A DNA stretch of 64,000 nucleotides from Candidatus Omnitrophota bacterium (GTDB lineage Bacteria > Ratteibacteria > UBA8468 > MWAK01). Positions 40,273 to 50,940 of this stretch are shown here, piece after piece. A model generated the notes under the pieces. That model was not told the DNA's origin. It did no database searches and worked only from the letters and a program-made list of their open reading frames with translations. Position 1 is the first letter of the stretch, and every line of letters starts with the position of its first letter. The translations under genes and the position numbers were made by a program. The DNA lies in assembly GCA_043826355.1 (NCBI GenBank), contig JBDRQI010000001.1:32001-96000 (forward strand). The letters run 5' to 3'.

Positions 40273-41373
40273 CTATTTGCCGAGTTTTTTCCGGAGGTAG
40301 GCCGGGAGGTCTCCTTCGTTATCGAACAACAGCGGCTGATTGCCACCTACCCTTAATTTTTCCGTATTCTTTCTTTTTGGTTTATAATTGACCGCTTCCG
40401 GTTCTGCCTCAGCAGCCGGAACATTTTCCAATCCGGTAGCGACCACCATTACTTTTAAGACATCCTGGGACTGGGGCTCCAGCGCCACCCCGGTAAACTT
40501 TTTGGCTTTGGCCGGGAGCATCGATTCCACGGTCTTCATAACTTGGTTTACCTCGAAAACGGTCAGGTTGTTACCGCCGGTAATGCTGACAAGGATATGG
40601 CGGCTGCTCATCAGTGACTTTTTCTGTAAAAATGGATTTCCGGCCGCCATTCGGGCAGCCTCTTCCGCCCGGCCCGGTCCCCGGGCGAAACCGATGCCCA
40701 TCAATCCGTCACCGCCGTTTTTGATAATGGTGCGCAGGTCAGCGAAATCGAGGTTAATATGGCCCGGTTTGGTCAAAAGGTCAGAAATTCCCGATACCCC
40801 CTGATAAAGAGTCTCATCTATCTTTTCAAAAGCTTCAGTTAATTTGGTGTTGGTTGGCAACAACTCAAATATTTTATCATTGGGAATCACGATTAAAGTG
40901 TCCGCGTATTTTTTCAATTCCTCAATCCCCTTGCGGGCAATTTCCAGCTTGGCCTCGCCGTCGAAATAAAAGGGCAGGTTAACAAATCCAACCACCAGCG
41001 CGCCGTTATTTTTAGCAATCTCGGCAATTACCGGACCGGCTCCGGTACCGGTACCGCCGCCCGTTCCCATCGTCAGGAAGACAATTCGGGTTCCCTTTAG
41101 TAATTCGCCGAGCTGCCTGCGGTCTTCTTCGGCCGCAAACCTGCCCAGTTCCGGGTTGCCGCCGGCACCCAGCCCCCTGGTTAACTGTCGGCCAATCAAA
41201 AATTTAATGGGCGCTTTAATCTCCGTAAGCGCCTGGAGGTCGGTATTAACCGCGGCGATGGTTGCCCCGGTCAGTTTATCCGCCATCCGGCTGACCATAT
41301 TTCCGCCGGACCCGCCCACGCCTACTACCTTTATTCCGATGTCACCTAATTTTTCGGCTATGCGTATCCGCAT
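40273..41373 (-). CDS. ftsZ: Cell division GTPase FtsZ
   Basis: VVGVGG, NTD, GLGAGGNP, GGGTGTG, INLDFADL and C-terminal DLPAYLRK. Confidence 0.95.
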   Translation of the reverse strand: MRIRIAEKLGDIGIKVVGVGGSGGNMVSRMADKLTGATIAAVNTDLQALTEIKAPIKFLIGRQLTRGLGAGGNPELGRFAAEEDRRQLGELLKGTRIVFLTMGTGGGTGTGAGPVIAEIAKNNGALVVGFVNLPFYFDGEAKLEIARKGIEELKKYADTLIVIPNDKIFELLPTNTKLTEAFEKIDETLYQGVSGISDLLTKPGHINLDFADLRTIIKNGGDGLMGIGFARGPGRAEEAARMAAGNPFLQKKSLMSSRHILVSITGGNNLTVFEVNQVMKTVESMLPAKAKKFTGVALEPQSQDVLKVMVVATGLENVPAAEAEPEAVNYKPKRKNTEKLRVGGNQPLLFDNEGDLPAYLRKKLGK

Positions 41374-41494
41374 CGTTTAATATTAACACCTTGCCGGATT
41401 TGGGGTCAATCCGTTTGCTGAAGATTAGCCCGCACGCGGGTATAACGGGTATAATTAAGAATATGCTTTAACGAGACGGAAGGAGCGAGACCAA

Positions 41495-44400
41495 TTGAAA
41501 AAAGGTAAAAACGTATTTTTTAGATTACTAACGAGATTTAGCGCTTCCGGGAAAATTTATAAACCGTTCCGGGATAGTGATGCCGACCGGCCGTTACGGG
41601 CGGAATTGTTCAGCATTGAACAGTTGGAACAACACGCCGCCGAAATTGCCCGAAAGCACCGGGTCAGCCCGGAACGCGGACGCGACCGTCTTTTGGGGCG
41701 TCTTTCCGGAAATGAGCGTGTCCTGCTGGAAGCCCACCGGCTTATTGCGACGGCGGTCGCGCGGGAACAGGAGATTTCTCCCGCCGACGAATGGTTCCTG
41801 GATAACTTTTACCTTATCAAAGAGCAGATACGCGCAGTGCGCCAGCACCTGCCGAAGGGTTACAGCCGGGAACTTCCCCGGCTGTTTACGGGACAGATGG
41901 CCGGTTACCCGCGTGTATATGACATCGTTCTTGACCTTGTTTCCCATGTTGACGGACAGGTTAGCCCGGAAAGTTTCGCCGGATTTATAAAAGGGTATCA
42001 AACGGTAACTCCGTTAAGCATGGGTGAATTGTGGGCGACGCCGATTATGCTGCGGCTGGCGCTGATTGAAAATTTGCGCCGCATCATGGCGCGCATCATC
42101 GTAAACAGGGGAGATTGGGATAAAGCCAACGATTGGGTTAATCGGTTGTTGGAAACAGCGGAACGGCAACCGGGCAACCTTATTCTTTTGATGGCCGATA
42201 TGGCCCGCGCGCATAAATCCATGCGAAACTCTTTTATCGCTGAGTTTGCCCGCCGCCTGCAGAACCAGGGTCCGGTTTTCGCTTTCACGCTTACGTGGAT
42301 AGAACAGCGCCTGGGTGAAAAAGGACTCACGATTGAGCAGGTCGTCCAGGACGAAAACCGTCAGCAGGCCGCCGACCAGGTATCCGTTTCCAACAGCATC
42401 ACCAGCATGCGTTTTGTGGACGAAACGGATTGGCACGCGTTCATTGAAAACGTAAGTATCGTGGAGCATATCCTGGGCGACGACCCTTCCGGCACATACG
42501 CGCACATGGATTTTACTTCGCGGGACCGATACCGGCATGTCATAGAAGACATTGCCAGACAGAGCGACCTGACCGAAATTGAGGTTGCCCGAACGGCGGT
42601 GCGGCTGACACGGGAGAAGGCGGCCGGAAAAGAGCCGGGCAGTCCGGCGGCGGCACACGTGGGATATTATCTGGTGGATAAAGGGCTGCCTGATTTGGAA
42701 CAAGCGGCCGGGGTGCGCCTGCCCTTCTTTCGGAAGTTCAGGAAAATGTGCGGCGACACATTCCGGAACTGCCCCCTGGTATTTTATCTCGGAACAATAT
42801 TTTTCCTGACCGCCCTGGGCACGGGCGCGCTGCTCATTTCATGTTATCGGTACGGAATATTTACGCCGGCAGTTATCGCTTTTTGCCTGGTTACTTTTCT
42901 GTCGGTCGGCCAGCTTGCGGTTGAATTGGTCAACCGGGCGGTCACGCTGACGGTGCGGCCGCGGTATCTGCCCAGAATGGATTTTTTCGAAGGTATTCCG
43001 TCAAGCGCGCGCACGCTGGTAGTTATTCCGACTTTACTCATCAACCGGAGGGATATCGAAAACCTGCTGAATCAGCTGGAAATACGCTACTTGGGCAACC
43101 GTGACGCGCATCTGCATTTTGCCCTGCTTACGGATTTCTGCGACGCGCCCCGGGAAGCGATGCCGGACGACGAAACGCTGTTGACGGTCGCCCGGGACGG
43201 AATACGGGCGTTGAACGATAAGTACGGGCACGAACGGACGGATATATTCTTCCTGTTCCATCGTCCGCGGCGGTTGAACACGCAAGAGCGGATATGGATG
43301 GGGCACGAACGTAAGCGCGGAAAACTGGCGGACCTCAACGCATTCCTTCGGGGAAAAACAGAAGACCGGTTCTCCGACATCGTGGGCGACACCCGGGCGC
43401 TTCAAAAAGTAAAGTACGTGCTTACGCTGGATACGGACACGCAGCTTTTCCACGGTTCGGCCCGGCAACTCGTGTCGGTTGCCGAACACCCGTTGAACCG
43501 GCCGCAGTATGACGAACAAAAAGAGCGCGTCTGCAAGGGATACGGAATTTTTCAGCCGCGCGTCGGGGTTAATCTTTTGAGCGCAAACCGTTCCCGATTT
43601 TCACAGATTTTTTCCGGGGATCCGAGGTTTGACCCGTACACGCGCGCAATTTCAGATGTATATCAGGACCTGTTCAACGAGGGGTCGTTTATCGGGAAGG
43701 GCCTGTACGATGTTGATATTTTTAACCGCGTTCTGGAAGGAAGGTTTCCGGCGAATAGAATTCTCAGCCACGATTTACTGGAAGGATGTTATGCGCGGAC
43801 CGCGCTGGTCAGCGATGTTCTGATTTGCGAGGACTTCCCGGTCATGTACGGCGCGGACGTGAGCCGCAGGCATCGGTGGATACGGGGTGACTGGCAGATT
43901 GCGGCCTGGTTGTTCCCGTACGTTCCGGGTCCCGGCGGGTCCCGGCTTAAAAATCCCCTCTCCGCGCTCTCGCGCTGGAAGATTTTTGATAATCTCCGCC
44001 GTAGTTTGGCGCCACCCGCTTTGACGCTGATGCTGCTGCTGGGATGGCTCGTGATGGGTCCGGTCTGGCTTTGGACTGCCGTGGGAGCCGGAATCATTCT
44101 GGGTCCGTCGCTTCTTTCGGCGGCCGCGGAATTCATCCGGAAAACGCGGGGGTTGACATTTCGGTTCCGCCTGCGCGAGACATCCCGTTCAGCGGGCAGA
44201 TATTTTGTCCAAACGGTCTTTACCCTGATTTTCCTGCCGTATGAGGCATACGCTAATCTGGATGCAGTTCTGCGGACGATGGTAAGGTTATTGTTTACGC
44301 GTCGGGGTCTTTTGCGATGGACGGCGGCCAAGAGCGCGGAACGGAAAGCCCTGAAAAATCAGGGTTCCTGCTGGCAAAAAATGTGGATTGCGCCGCTTAC

Positions 44401-47400
44401 CGCGGTTTGCGTCACCGGATATCTCGCCGGTTTCACCTCCGGAATTCATCCGGCGCCTCTGGCGATTATAATCCCGTGGTTCTTTTCTCCGTTGCTCGCC
44501 TGGTGGATCAGTTTGCCGCTCATCCGTCGCGAGACGGTCTTGTCGCGCCGCCAAGCGGCGTTTCTGCGGATATTGGCCCGTAAAACGTGGCTTTTCTTTG
44601 AAACATTCAACGGAGCCGAATCCAACTGGCTCCCGCCGGACAACTATCAGGAGCATCCGCTGACCAGGGTTGCGTTCCGGACTTCGCCCACGAATATCGG
44701 TTTTTCGCTCGCGGCCAATCTGGCGGCGTACGATTTCGGATACCTCTCAACCGGGGGACTGCTGGAACGGACCGAAAAAACGCTGGCGGCGATGAAACAA
44801 CTGGACCGCTTCCACGGCCATTTTTATAACTGGTATGATATTCAGACGCTGAAACCTTTGCCGCCGTTATATATTTCCGCGGTTGACAGCGGCAACCTGC
44901 AATGCCTTCTTTTGATTCTGCGCCAGGGTCTCCTGGAATTGCCCGACCGGGATATTTTACCATCACCGATGTTCGATGGGATTGCGGATTCCCTGGACCT
45001 GTTTTTGGATGCGGCAACCCCTGCCCCCAAACAATCCCGGACTGACGGAGACCGGTCCGCAAACCCCCCGGCGGACGCGTTGCGACAACTGTCTGAAATC
45101 CGGAATAAGATGGGCGAGGTTCCCCGAACGCCCGGACTGATAAAAGAGTTGCTTTCCCGGATTGTGTCGGAATTGCGAAGCGTGGTCGGCGTTCTGAGTC
45201 CGCCGGACGACAGCGAGGTCTTCCTTTGGGCGCGCACGGCCGAAAAACTCTGCGCGAGTTTCCTGGAAGAACTTTCATTCCTGACTCCCTGGGCGGAAAT
45301 GTTTCCGATTGCGGAATTCAGGCCGGATGGGCTTACGCCGAATGATGCGGCTGAATTGAAAGCCACGCTTGCGCGATTGGAAAATATCCCGACACTCCGC
45401 GACGTTATCCGCACGGGCTCGGCCGCGCTGTTAGTCCTTGACCGGGTTTCGGATGCTTCGGAAACGGCGGAGGCCGGCGAAAAGAAGACCTTGCTTTTGC
45501 GCCGGGGATTGACCGACGCGGTCGCCCGCGCGCAGGAACGCGTTGAGAATATAGAAACTCTCGCTTTGCAGTGCGACGATTTCGCCGATATGAATTACGA
45601 TTTTCTTTACAACAAGTCGCGGCAACTTCTGGCCGTCGGGTTCAATGTGGGGGAACACCGTCGTGATGAATCGCATTATGACCTGCTTGCTTCGGAAGCG
45701 CGGCTGGCCAGTTTTATACTGATTTCTCAAGGACGCCTGCCGCTGAAACACTGGTTTTCTCTCGGCCGGCTGGTGACAGCTTTCAGAGGGGAGCCGGCCC
45801 TGCTCTCGTGGAGCGGGTCGCTTTTTGAATATCTTATGCCGCTTCTAGTGATGCCGGATTATGAAAACACCCTTCTGAATCAGACATACCGGACGGTTGT
45901 CGCCTGGCAGATTAAATACGGGGCAGACCACCGGATTCCCTGGGGTTTTTCCGAATCCGGATACAATTCAATAGACGCGCACAAAAATTATCTTTACGCC
46001 GCTTTCGGCCTGCCCGGACTCGGTTTCAAGCGTGGTCTGTCGGAAAACCTGGTTGTCGCTCCGTACGCTTCGGCGCTGGCGCTCATGGTGGACCCGGAAA
46101 ACGCCTGCCAGAACTTAGAGCGGATGTCCCGGGAAGGAAGTGCCGGAAAATACGGCCTCTACGAAGCGGTTGACTATACCCGGGCGCGGTTGGCGCACGG
46201 AGAATCAAAGGCCGTGGTGCGTTCCTTCATGATTCACCACCAGGGTATGACGCTGCTGGCAATCGCTTATGCGCTGCTGAACCGGCCGATGCAGAGACGT
46301 TTTGGACGGGACGCGGCGTTTAGGGCGGCCGAACCCCTCCTGCAGGAAAAGGTTCCGGATGCCAGGCCGTTCTTTCCGGGGTTGTCGGATGAATTGGAAA
46401 TTAGGCGCGAACCCGGAGAACACAATGCGCTCATGCGTATTTTTACCAGCCCGAACACGCCGGTGCCCGAGGTGCATCTGATGTCGAACGGCCGCTACCA
46501 TGTTATGGTCACCAACGCCGGGGGCGGTTACAGCCGGTGGAAGGATATCGCAATTACGCGATGGCGGGAGGATGCGACGTGCGACAATATGGGCATATTC
46601 TGTTACATCCGCGACATGAGCACCGGGGAACTGTGGTCCGTCAGTTCCCAGCCGGCGCTTCGGTCCTCAAAGTTTTATGAAGCGATATTTTCTCAATCCC
46701 GGGCGGAATTCCGATGCCAGGACGACCGGTTCCATTTGCACACGGAGATAGCGGTTTCGCCCGAAGAAGACGTTGAACTCCGAAGGGTAAACATAACCAA
46801 CAATACCTGGAAACGGCACACGGTTGAACTAACCAGTTACGCCGAAGTTGTGCTGGCGTCCCAGGACGCCGAGGCGACACATCCTGTCTTCAACGGCCTT
46901 TTTCTGGAAACGGAAATTCTCCGGGAACGGCAGGCGGTTTTGTGCACGCGCCGGCCCCGTTCGGACAAAGAAACGCCCATCTGGCTGACGCATCTGGTGA
47001 CGGTTCATAACGCGTTTCGGGGCGATGTTTCCTACGAAACCGACCGGGCGCGGTTTATCGGCCGGGGAAGGACCCTTCGTAATCCCGGGTCGGTAAATAA
47101 CGGAGGGAAACTTTCCGACAGCGAAGGGTCAGTGCTGGACCCGGTCGTGGCGATTAGAACGACGATTACGATAGAACCGGAGCAAACCGCGGTTGTGGAC
47201 CTGGTTTTCGGCATTGCGCAGACACGTGACGATGCGGTAACCCTGGCGGGAAAATATCACGACAAATATTTTGCCGACCGTATCTTCGCCCTCGCCTGGA
47301 CCCACAGCCAGGTGGTCCTGCATCAACTCGGTATTACTGAACCCGATGCGCAGTTGTTCGGACGGCTCGCCGGCGCGCTCCTTTACGCCGGCATCTTTCG

Positions 47401-50293
47401 CCGGGCCGCCCCGGGTTTACTGGCCAAAAACCGCCGCAGCCAATCCGGATTGTGGGGTTACGGTATCTCCGGAGACCTGCCCATCGTGCTCCTGAAAATA
47501 GGCGACGAGTCAAAGATTGAACTGGTGAAACAACTGTTAGATGCGCATGCGTATTGGCGGCTGAAAGGGCTGTCGGTCGATTTTCTCATTTGGAACGAGG
47601 ACCAGTCGGGTTACCGGCAGATGCTTCACGACCGGATTATATCGCTGGTTACCGCCGGCACCAAGGCGGCTTTGGTGGATGTCTCGGGCGGCGTTTTCGT
47701 CAGGCGCGGCGACCAGATATCGGACGAGGACAAGATTTTGATGCAAGCGGCGGCGCGTATTATCATCACCGACATCGGCAGTCTCGAGGAACAAATGAAG
47801 CGCCGGGGATATCCAGAGTTGAACATACCGGATTTAAAACCGGCAAACATTTCCGCGCCGGAATTATCAAATACTGAGAAAATTCCGGCGCGGGATTTGA
47901 TTTTTAACAACGGTGTCGGCGGATTTACGCATGATGGCCGGGAATACGTGATAACCACAACTCCTTTTCTTCAAACCCCGGTTCCCTGGATAAACGTGCT
48001 CGCGAATCCATCATTCGGCACGGTCATTTCCGAAAGCGGGACGGCGTATACCTGGAGCGAAAACGCCCATGAATTCCGCCTTACGCCATGGTACAACGAC
48101 CCGGTAACGGACCGCGGCGGAGAAGCGTTCTATATTCGGGATGAGGAGACCGGTCAATTCTGGTCGGCCGCGCCGCTGCCCGCCCGCGGGAAAATGCCTT
48201 ACGTAAGCAGACACGGATTCGGGTATTCGGTATTTGAATACTCCGACCAGGGCATCAGTTCGGAGATGTGGACCTATGTCGCGACCGACGCCTCCGTCAA
48301 ATTCGTCTCTATAAAAGTGCGAAACAAATCCAACCGCAAGCGAAAGATTTCGGTGACCGGATACCTGGAACCGGTTCTGGGCCAATTCCGGGAGAAATCG
48401 CAGATGCACATCGTCAGCGGAATCGACCCGGAAAGCCGCTCTTTCTTTGTGCGGAATCCGTTCAGCATAGATTTTCCCAACCGCATTTTTTTCTTTGATG
48501 TGAACGGAGCGGAGCGGAGCGTAACGGGCGACCGGACGGAATTTATCGGGCGGAACGGCAGTCTCGCCAATCCCGCCGCGATGCGCCGGACAAAACTTTC
48601 CGGCCGAACGGGCGCCGGACTGGACCCATGCGCTGCGTTGCAAGTCCAAATTGAGTTGCCGGAAGAAGAAGAACAGGAGGTCGTGTTCTTCCTTGGGGCG
48701 GAAAAGAACGCAGAAGACGCCCGCAATCTGGTCCGGCGGTTTCGGAAACCGGGGTCCGCCAGACGGGCGCTGGAACAGGTATGGGGGTACTGGAACCGCA
48801 TTTTGGGCGCCGTGAACGTTGAAACACCGGACCCGAAAATCAATATTCTGGTTAACGGCTGGCTGCTCTACCAGACGCTTGCCTGCCGGATATGGGCGCG
48901 CAGCGGGTTCTATCAGTCCTCAGGCGCAATCGGGTTTCGTGACCAACTTCAGGATATGATGTCGGTCGTGCACGCGGAACCCGCCCTGTTCCGCGAGCAT
49001 ATCCTCTTGTGCGCATCGCGGCAATTCCGGGAGGGAGACGTACAGCACTGGTGGCATCCGCCGACCGGGCGCGGCGTGCGCACGCGCATATCAGACGACT
49101 ATCTGTGGCTGCCGTTCACCGTCAGTTACTACGTGAAGAGAACCGGCGACCGAGGCGTGCTGGACGAGCCGGTTCGTTTCCTCCAGGGAAGACCGCTGAA
49201 CGCAAACGAGACCGATTACTACGATCTTTTCGGACGAACCGACGAAAGCGGCACGGTGTATGAACATTGCGTCAGGGCCATCAACAATGGCTTGAAATAC
49301 GGACAGCACGGCTTGCCGCTTATCGGGTCAGGCGACTGGAACGACAGTTTAAATCAGGTCGGCGAAGGGGGAAGCGGAGAAAGCGTCTGGCTGGGTTTTT
49401 TCCTCTACGATGTGCTCATGCAGTTCTCGGCGCTCGCGCGCGAATACGCTGACCCGGTATTTGCGCAGCGCTGTCTCGCTGAAGCAGCCCGGCTGAAAAA
49501 AAATATCGACCGGTATGCCTGGGACGGACAATGGTATCGCCGGGCCTATTTTGACAACGGGGACCCTCTCGGTTCCGCGGTCAACGACGAGTGTCGGATT
49601 GATTCAATCTCTCAGAGTTGGTCCGTCCTGTCCGGCGCCGGAGATGCGCGGCGTTCCCGGGCGGCCATGGAATCCGTGAAGCAATTTCTTGTTCAGCGCG
49701 ATGCCGGCCTCATTTTGCTGCTTGCGCCTCCTTTCAACGCGTCTTTGATGAAACCCGGCTACATCAAGGGATATTTGCCCGGTGTCAGGGAAAACGGCGG
49801 CCAGTACACGCACGCGGCTATCTGGGTGATTATGGCGTTTGCGGAGATGGGGGAGAAGCAGTTGGCCTGGGAATTGCTGCAAATGATAAACCCAATTACC
49901 CACGGCAAGACCCCTCAGGATATTCAAACATACAAGGTGGAGCCGTACGTCGTTGCCGCCGACGTTTATTCGGTTCCGACTCTCAACGGCCGGGGGGGAT
50001 GGACCTGGTATACCGGTTCGTCCGGCTGGATGTATCGGCTGATTGTGGAATCACTGATGGGGCTGAACCGGTCCGGGGACGTGTTGCGGTTTGCCCCCCG
50101 CCTGCCGGACCACTGGAACTCATTCAAGATACATTACCGGTATCAAGAAACCGTTTACCACATTACCCTTGTGAAAACCGGGAGCGGCGGCCAAGTTAAG
50201 AGCGTAAGGGTTGATGGAGTTGAACAAGGAGACAAAAGCATTCACCTTGCGGACGACCGGAGGGAGCACACCGCGGAGATCACCATAGGGTAA
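41495..50293 (+). CDS. Cyclic beta-1,2-glucan synthase (Cgs/NdvB: GT84 + TM + glucoamylase-like + GH94 phosphorylase)
   Basis: 2932 aa; ERKRGKL, LDTDT, SHDLLEG, RWIRGDWQ, GFRDQLQD, GDWND, ENGGQYTH and GWTWYTGS. Confidence 0.93.
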   Translation: MKKGKNVFFRLLTRFSASGKIYKPFRDSDADRPLRAELFSIEQLEQHAAEIARKHRVSPERGRDRLLGRLSGNERVLLEAHRLIATAVAREQEISPADEWFLDNFYLIKEQIRAVRQHLPKGYSRELPRLFTGQMAGYPRVYDIVLDLVSHVDGQVSPESFAGFIKGYQTVTPLSMGELWATPIMLRLALIENLRRIMARIIVNRGDWDKANDWVNRLLETAERQPGNLILLMADMARAHKSMRNSFIAEFARRLQNQGPVFAFTLTWIEQRLGEKGLTIEQVVQDENRQQAADQVSVSNSITSMRFVDETDWHAFIENVSIVEHILGDDPSGTYAHMDFTSRDRYRHVIEDIARQSDLTEIEVARTAVRLTREKAAGKEPGSPAAAHVGYYLVDKGLPDLEQAAGVRLPFFRKFRKMCGDTFRNCPLVFYLGTIFFLTALGTGALLISCYRYGIFTPAVIAFCLVTFLSVGQLAVELVNRAVTLTVRPRYLPRMDFFEGIPSSARTLVVIPTLLINRRDIENLLNQLEIRYLGNRDAHLHFALLTDFCDAPREAMPDDETLLTVARDGIRALNDKYGHERTDIFFLFHRPRRLNTQERIWMGHERKRGKLADLNAFLRGKTEDRFSDIVGDTRALQKVKYVLTLDTDTQLFHGSARQLVSVAEHPLNRPQYDEQKERVCKGYGIFQPRVGVNLLSANRSRFSQIFSGDPRFDPYTRAISDVYQDLFNEGSFIGKGLYDVDIFNRVLEGRFPANRILSHDLLEGCYARTALVSDVLICEDFPVMYGADVSRRHRWIRGDWQIAAWLFPYVPGPGGSRLKNPLSALSRWKIFDNLRRSLAPPALTLMLLLGWLVMGPVWLWTAVGAGIILGPSLLSAAAEFIRKTRGLTFRFRLRETSRSAGRYFVQTVFTLIFLPYEAYANLDAVLRTMVRLLFTRRGLLRWTAAKSAERKALKNQGSCWQKMWIAPLTAVCVTGYLAGFTSGIHPAPLAIIIPWFFSPLLAWWISLPLIRRETVLSRRQAAFLRILARKTWLFFETFNGAESNWLPPDNYQEHPLTRVAFRTSPTNIGFSLAANLAAYDFGYLSTGGLLERTEKTLAAMKQLDRFHGHFYNWYDIQTLKPLPPLYISAVDSGNLQCLLLILRQGLLELPDRDILPSPMFDGIADSLDLFLDAATPAPKQSRTDGDRSANPPADALRQLSEIRNKMGEVPRTPGLIKELLSRIVSELRSVVGVLSPPDDSEVFLWARTAEKLCASFLEELSFLTPWAEMFPIAEFRPDGLTPNDAAELKATLARLENIPTLRDVIRTGSAALLVLDRVSDASETAEAGEKKTLLLRRGLTDAVARAQERVENIETLALQCDDFADMNYDFLYNKSRQLLAVGFNVGEHRRDESHYDLLASEARLASFILISQGRLPLKHWFSLGRLVTAFRGEPALLSWSGSLFEYLMPLLVMPDYENTLLNQTYRTVVAWQIKYGADHRIPWGFSESGYNSIDAHKNYLYAAFGLPGLGFKRGLSENLVVAPYASALALMVDPENACQNLERMSREGSAGKYGLYEAVDYTRARLAHGESKAVVRSFMIHHQGMTLLAIAYALLNRPMQRRFGRDAAFRAAEPLLQEKVPDARPFFPGLSDELEIRREPGEHNALMRIFTSPNTPVPEVHLMSNGRYHVMVTNAGGGYSRWKDIAITRWREDATCDNMGIFCYIRDMSTGELWSVSSQPALRSSKFYEAIFSQSRAEFRCQDDRFHLHTEIAVSPEEDVELRRVNITNNTWKRHTVELTSYAEVVLASQDAEATHPVFNGLFLETEILRERQAVLCTRRPRSDKETPIWLTHLVTVHNAFRGDVSYETDRARFIGRGRTLRNPGSVNNGGKLSDSEGSVLDPVVAIRTTITIEPEQTAVVDLVFGIAQTRDDAVTLAGKYHDKYFADRIFALAWTHSQVVLHQLGITEPDAQLFGRLAGALLYAGIFRRAAPGLLAKNRRSQSGLWGYGISGDLPIVLLKIGDESKIELVKQLLDAHAYWRLKGLSVDFLIWNEDQSGYRQMLHDRIISLVTAGTKAALVDVSGGVFVRRGDQISDEDKILMQAAARIIITDIGSLEEQMKRRGYPELNIPDLKPANISAPELSNTEKIPARDLIFNNGVGGFTHDGREYVITTTPFLQTPVPWINVLANPSFGTVISESGTAYTWSENAHEFRLTPWYNDPVTDRGGEAFYIRDEETGQFWSAAPLPARGKMPYVSRHGFGYSVFEYSDQGISSEMWTYVATDASVKFVSIKVRNKSNRKRKISVTGYLEPVLGQFREKSQMHIVSGIDPESRSFFVRNPFSIDFPNRIFFFDVNGAERSVTGDRTEFIGRNGSLANPAAMRRTKLSGRTGAGLDPCAALQVQIELPEEEEQEVVFFLGAEKNAEDARNLVRRFRKPGSARRALEQVWGYWNRILGAVNVETPDPKINILVNGWLLYQTLACRIWARSGFYQSSGAIGFRDQLQDMMSVVHAEPALFREHILLCASRQFREGDVQHWWHPPTGRGVRTRISDDYLWLPFTVSYYVKRTGDRGVLDEPVRFLQGRPLNANETDYYDLFGRTDESGTVYEHCVRAINNGLKYGQHGLPLIGSGDWNDSLNQVGEGGSGESVWLGFFLYDVLMQFSALAREYADPVFAQRCLAEAARLKKNIDRYAWDGQWYRRAYFDNGDPLGSAVNDECRIDSISQSWSVLSGAGDARRSRAAMESVKQFLVQRDAGLILLLAPPFNASLMKPGYIKGYLPGVRENGGQYTHAAIWVIMAFAEMGEKQLAWELLQMINPITHGKTPQDIQTYKVEPYVVAADVYSVPTLNGRGGWTWYTGSSGWMYRLIVESLMGLNRSGDVLRFAPRLPDHWNSFKIHYRYQETVYHITLVKTGSGGQVKSVRVDGVEQGDKSIHLADDRREHTAEITIG

Positions 50294-50331
50294 ACAAACA
50301 GACCGCAAAATTAAATTTCCCAAAAGGTCTG

Positions 50332-50916
50332 ATGATTATCTGGAAGAGAAAGTTATACCGGATGGGGATGGGGACGTTATTTGCCTTCATCGCCTATTTT
50401 GGCGGGATAACCTGGGTACTATCTGTTCTGGGTTTTTGTCTGGCGCTCCTTATCCTGCTGGAATATGAACGGCGGATGCACCCGGGGCTTTACCGGTGGA
50501 TTGCCGGCCGTAGCCGCGGAATCTTCAAGAATTACGCCGGGTTTCTTTTGACCGACACCTATTTTGTGCTTTCCGTTTTCCTGGTTTTCTGTTTTTTTCC
50601 GCTGCCGATCGGTCTCGCCGCGCTCCTTTTTTTAACATACGGTGATGCGTTCAGCACCGTTATCGGAGTGAAGTTCGGCCGTCACCGGATTTTCCGGCGG
50701 AAGAGCCTTGAGGGGTTTCTCTCTTTTCTTTCCAGCGCTTCCGTCATCGCTTTACTTGTTTCAATCCTGCCCAGGCATCAACTTCCATTTGCAATCGGTT
50801 TGAGCGGCGCGTTAATTGCCGGTCTCACCGAACTTTTTTCCGTACCGCCGGACGACAATTTCAGCGTGACCTTGCTTTCCGGCTTGACCATGTTTTTGGC
50901 CAGCCGTTTTATTTAG
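50332..50916 (+). CDS. Phytol/dolichol kinase-like (CTP transferase family) membrane protein
   Basis: GDAFSTVIG, KSLEG and DDNF motifs; multiple TM segments. Confidence 0.8.
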   Translation: MIIWKRKLYRMGMGTLFAFIAYFGGITWVLSVLGFCLALLILLEYERRMHPGLYRWIAGRSRGIFKNYAGFLLTDTYFVLSVFLVFCFFPLPIGLAALLFLTYGDAFSTVIGVKFGRHRIFRRKSLEGFLSFLSSASVIALLVSILPRHQLPFAIGLSGALIAGLTELFSVPPDDNFSVTLLSGLTMFLASRFI

Positions 50917-50940
50917 TATCAGATATGCTATAATCATAAT

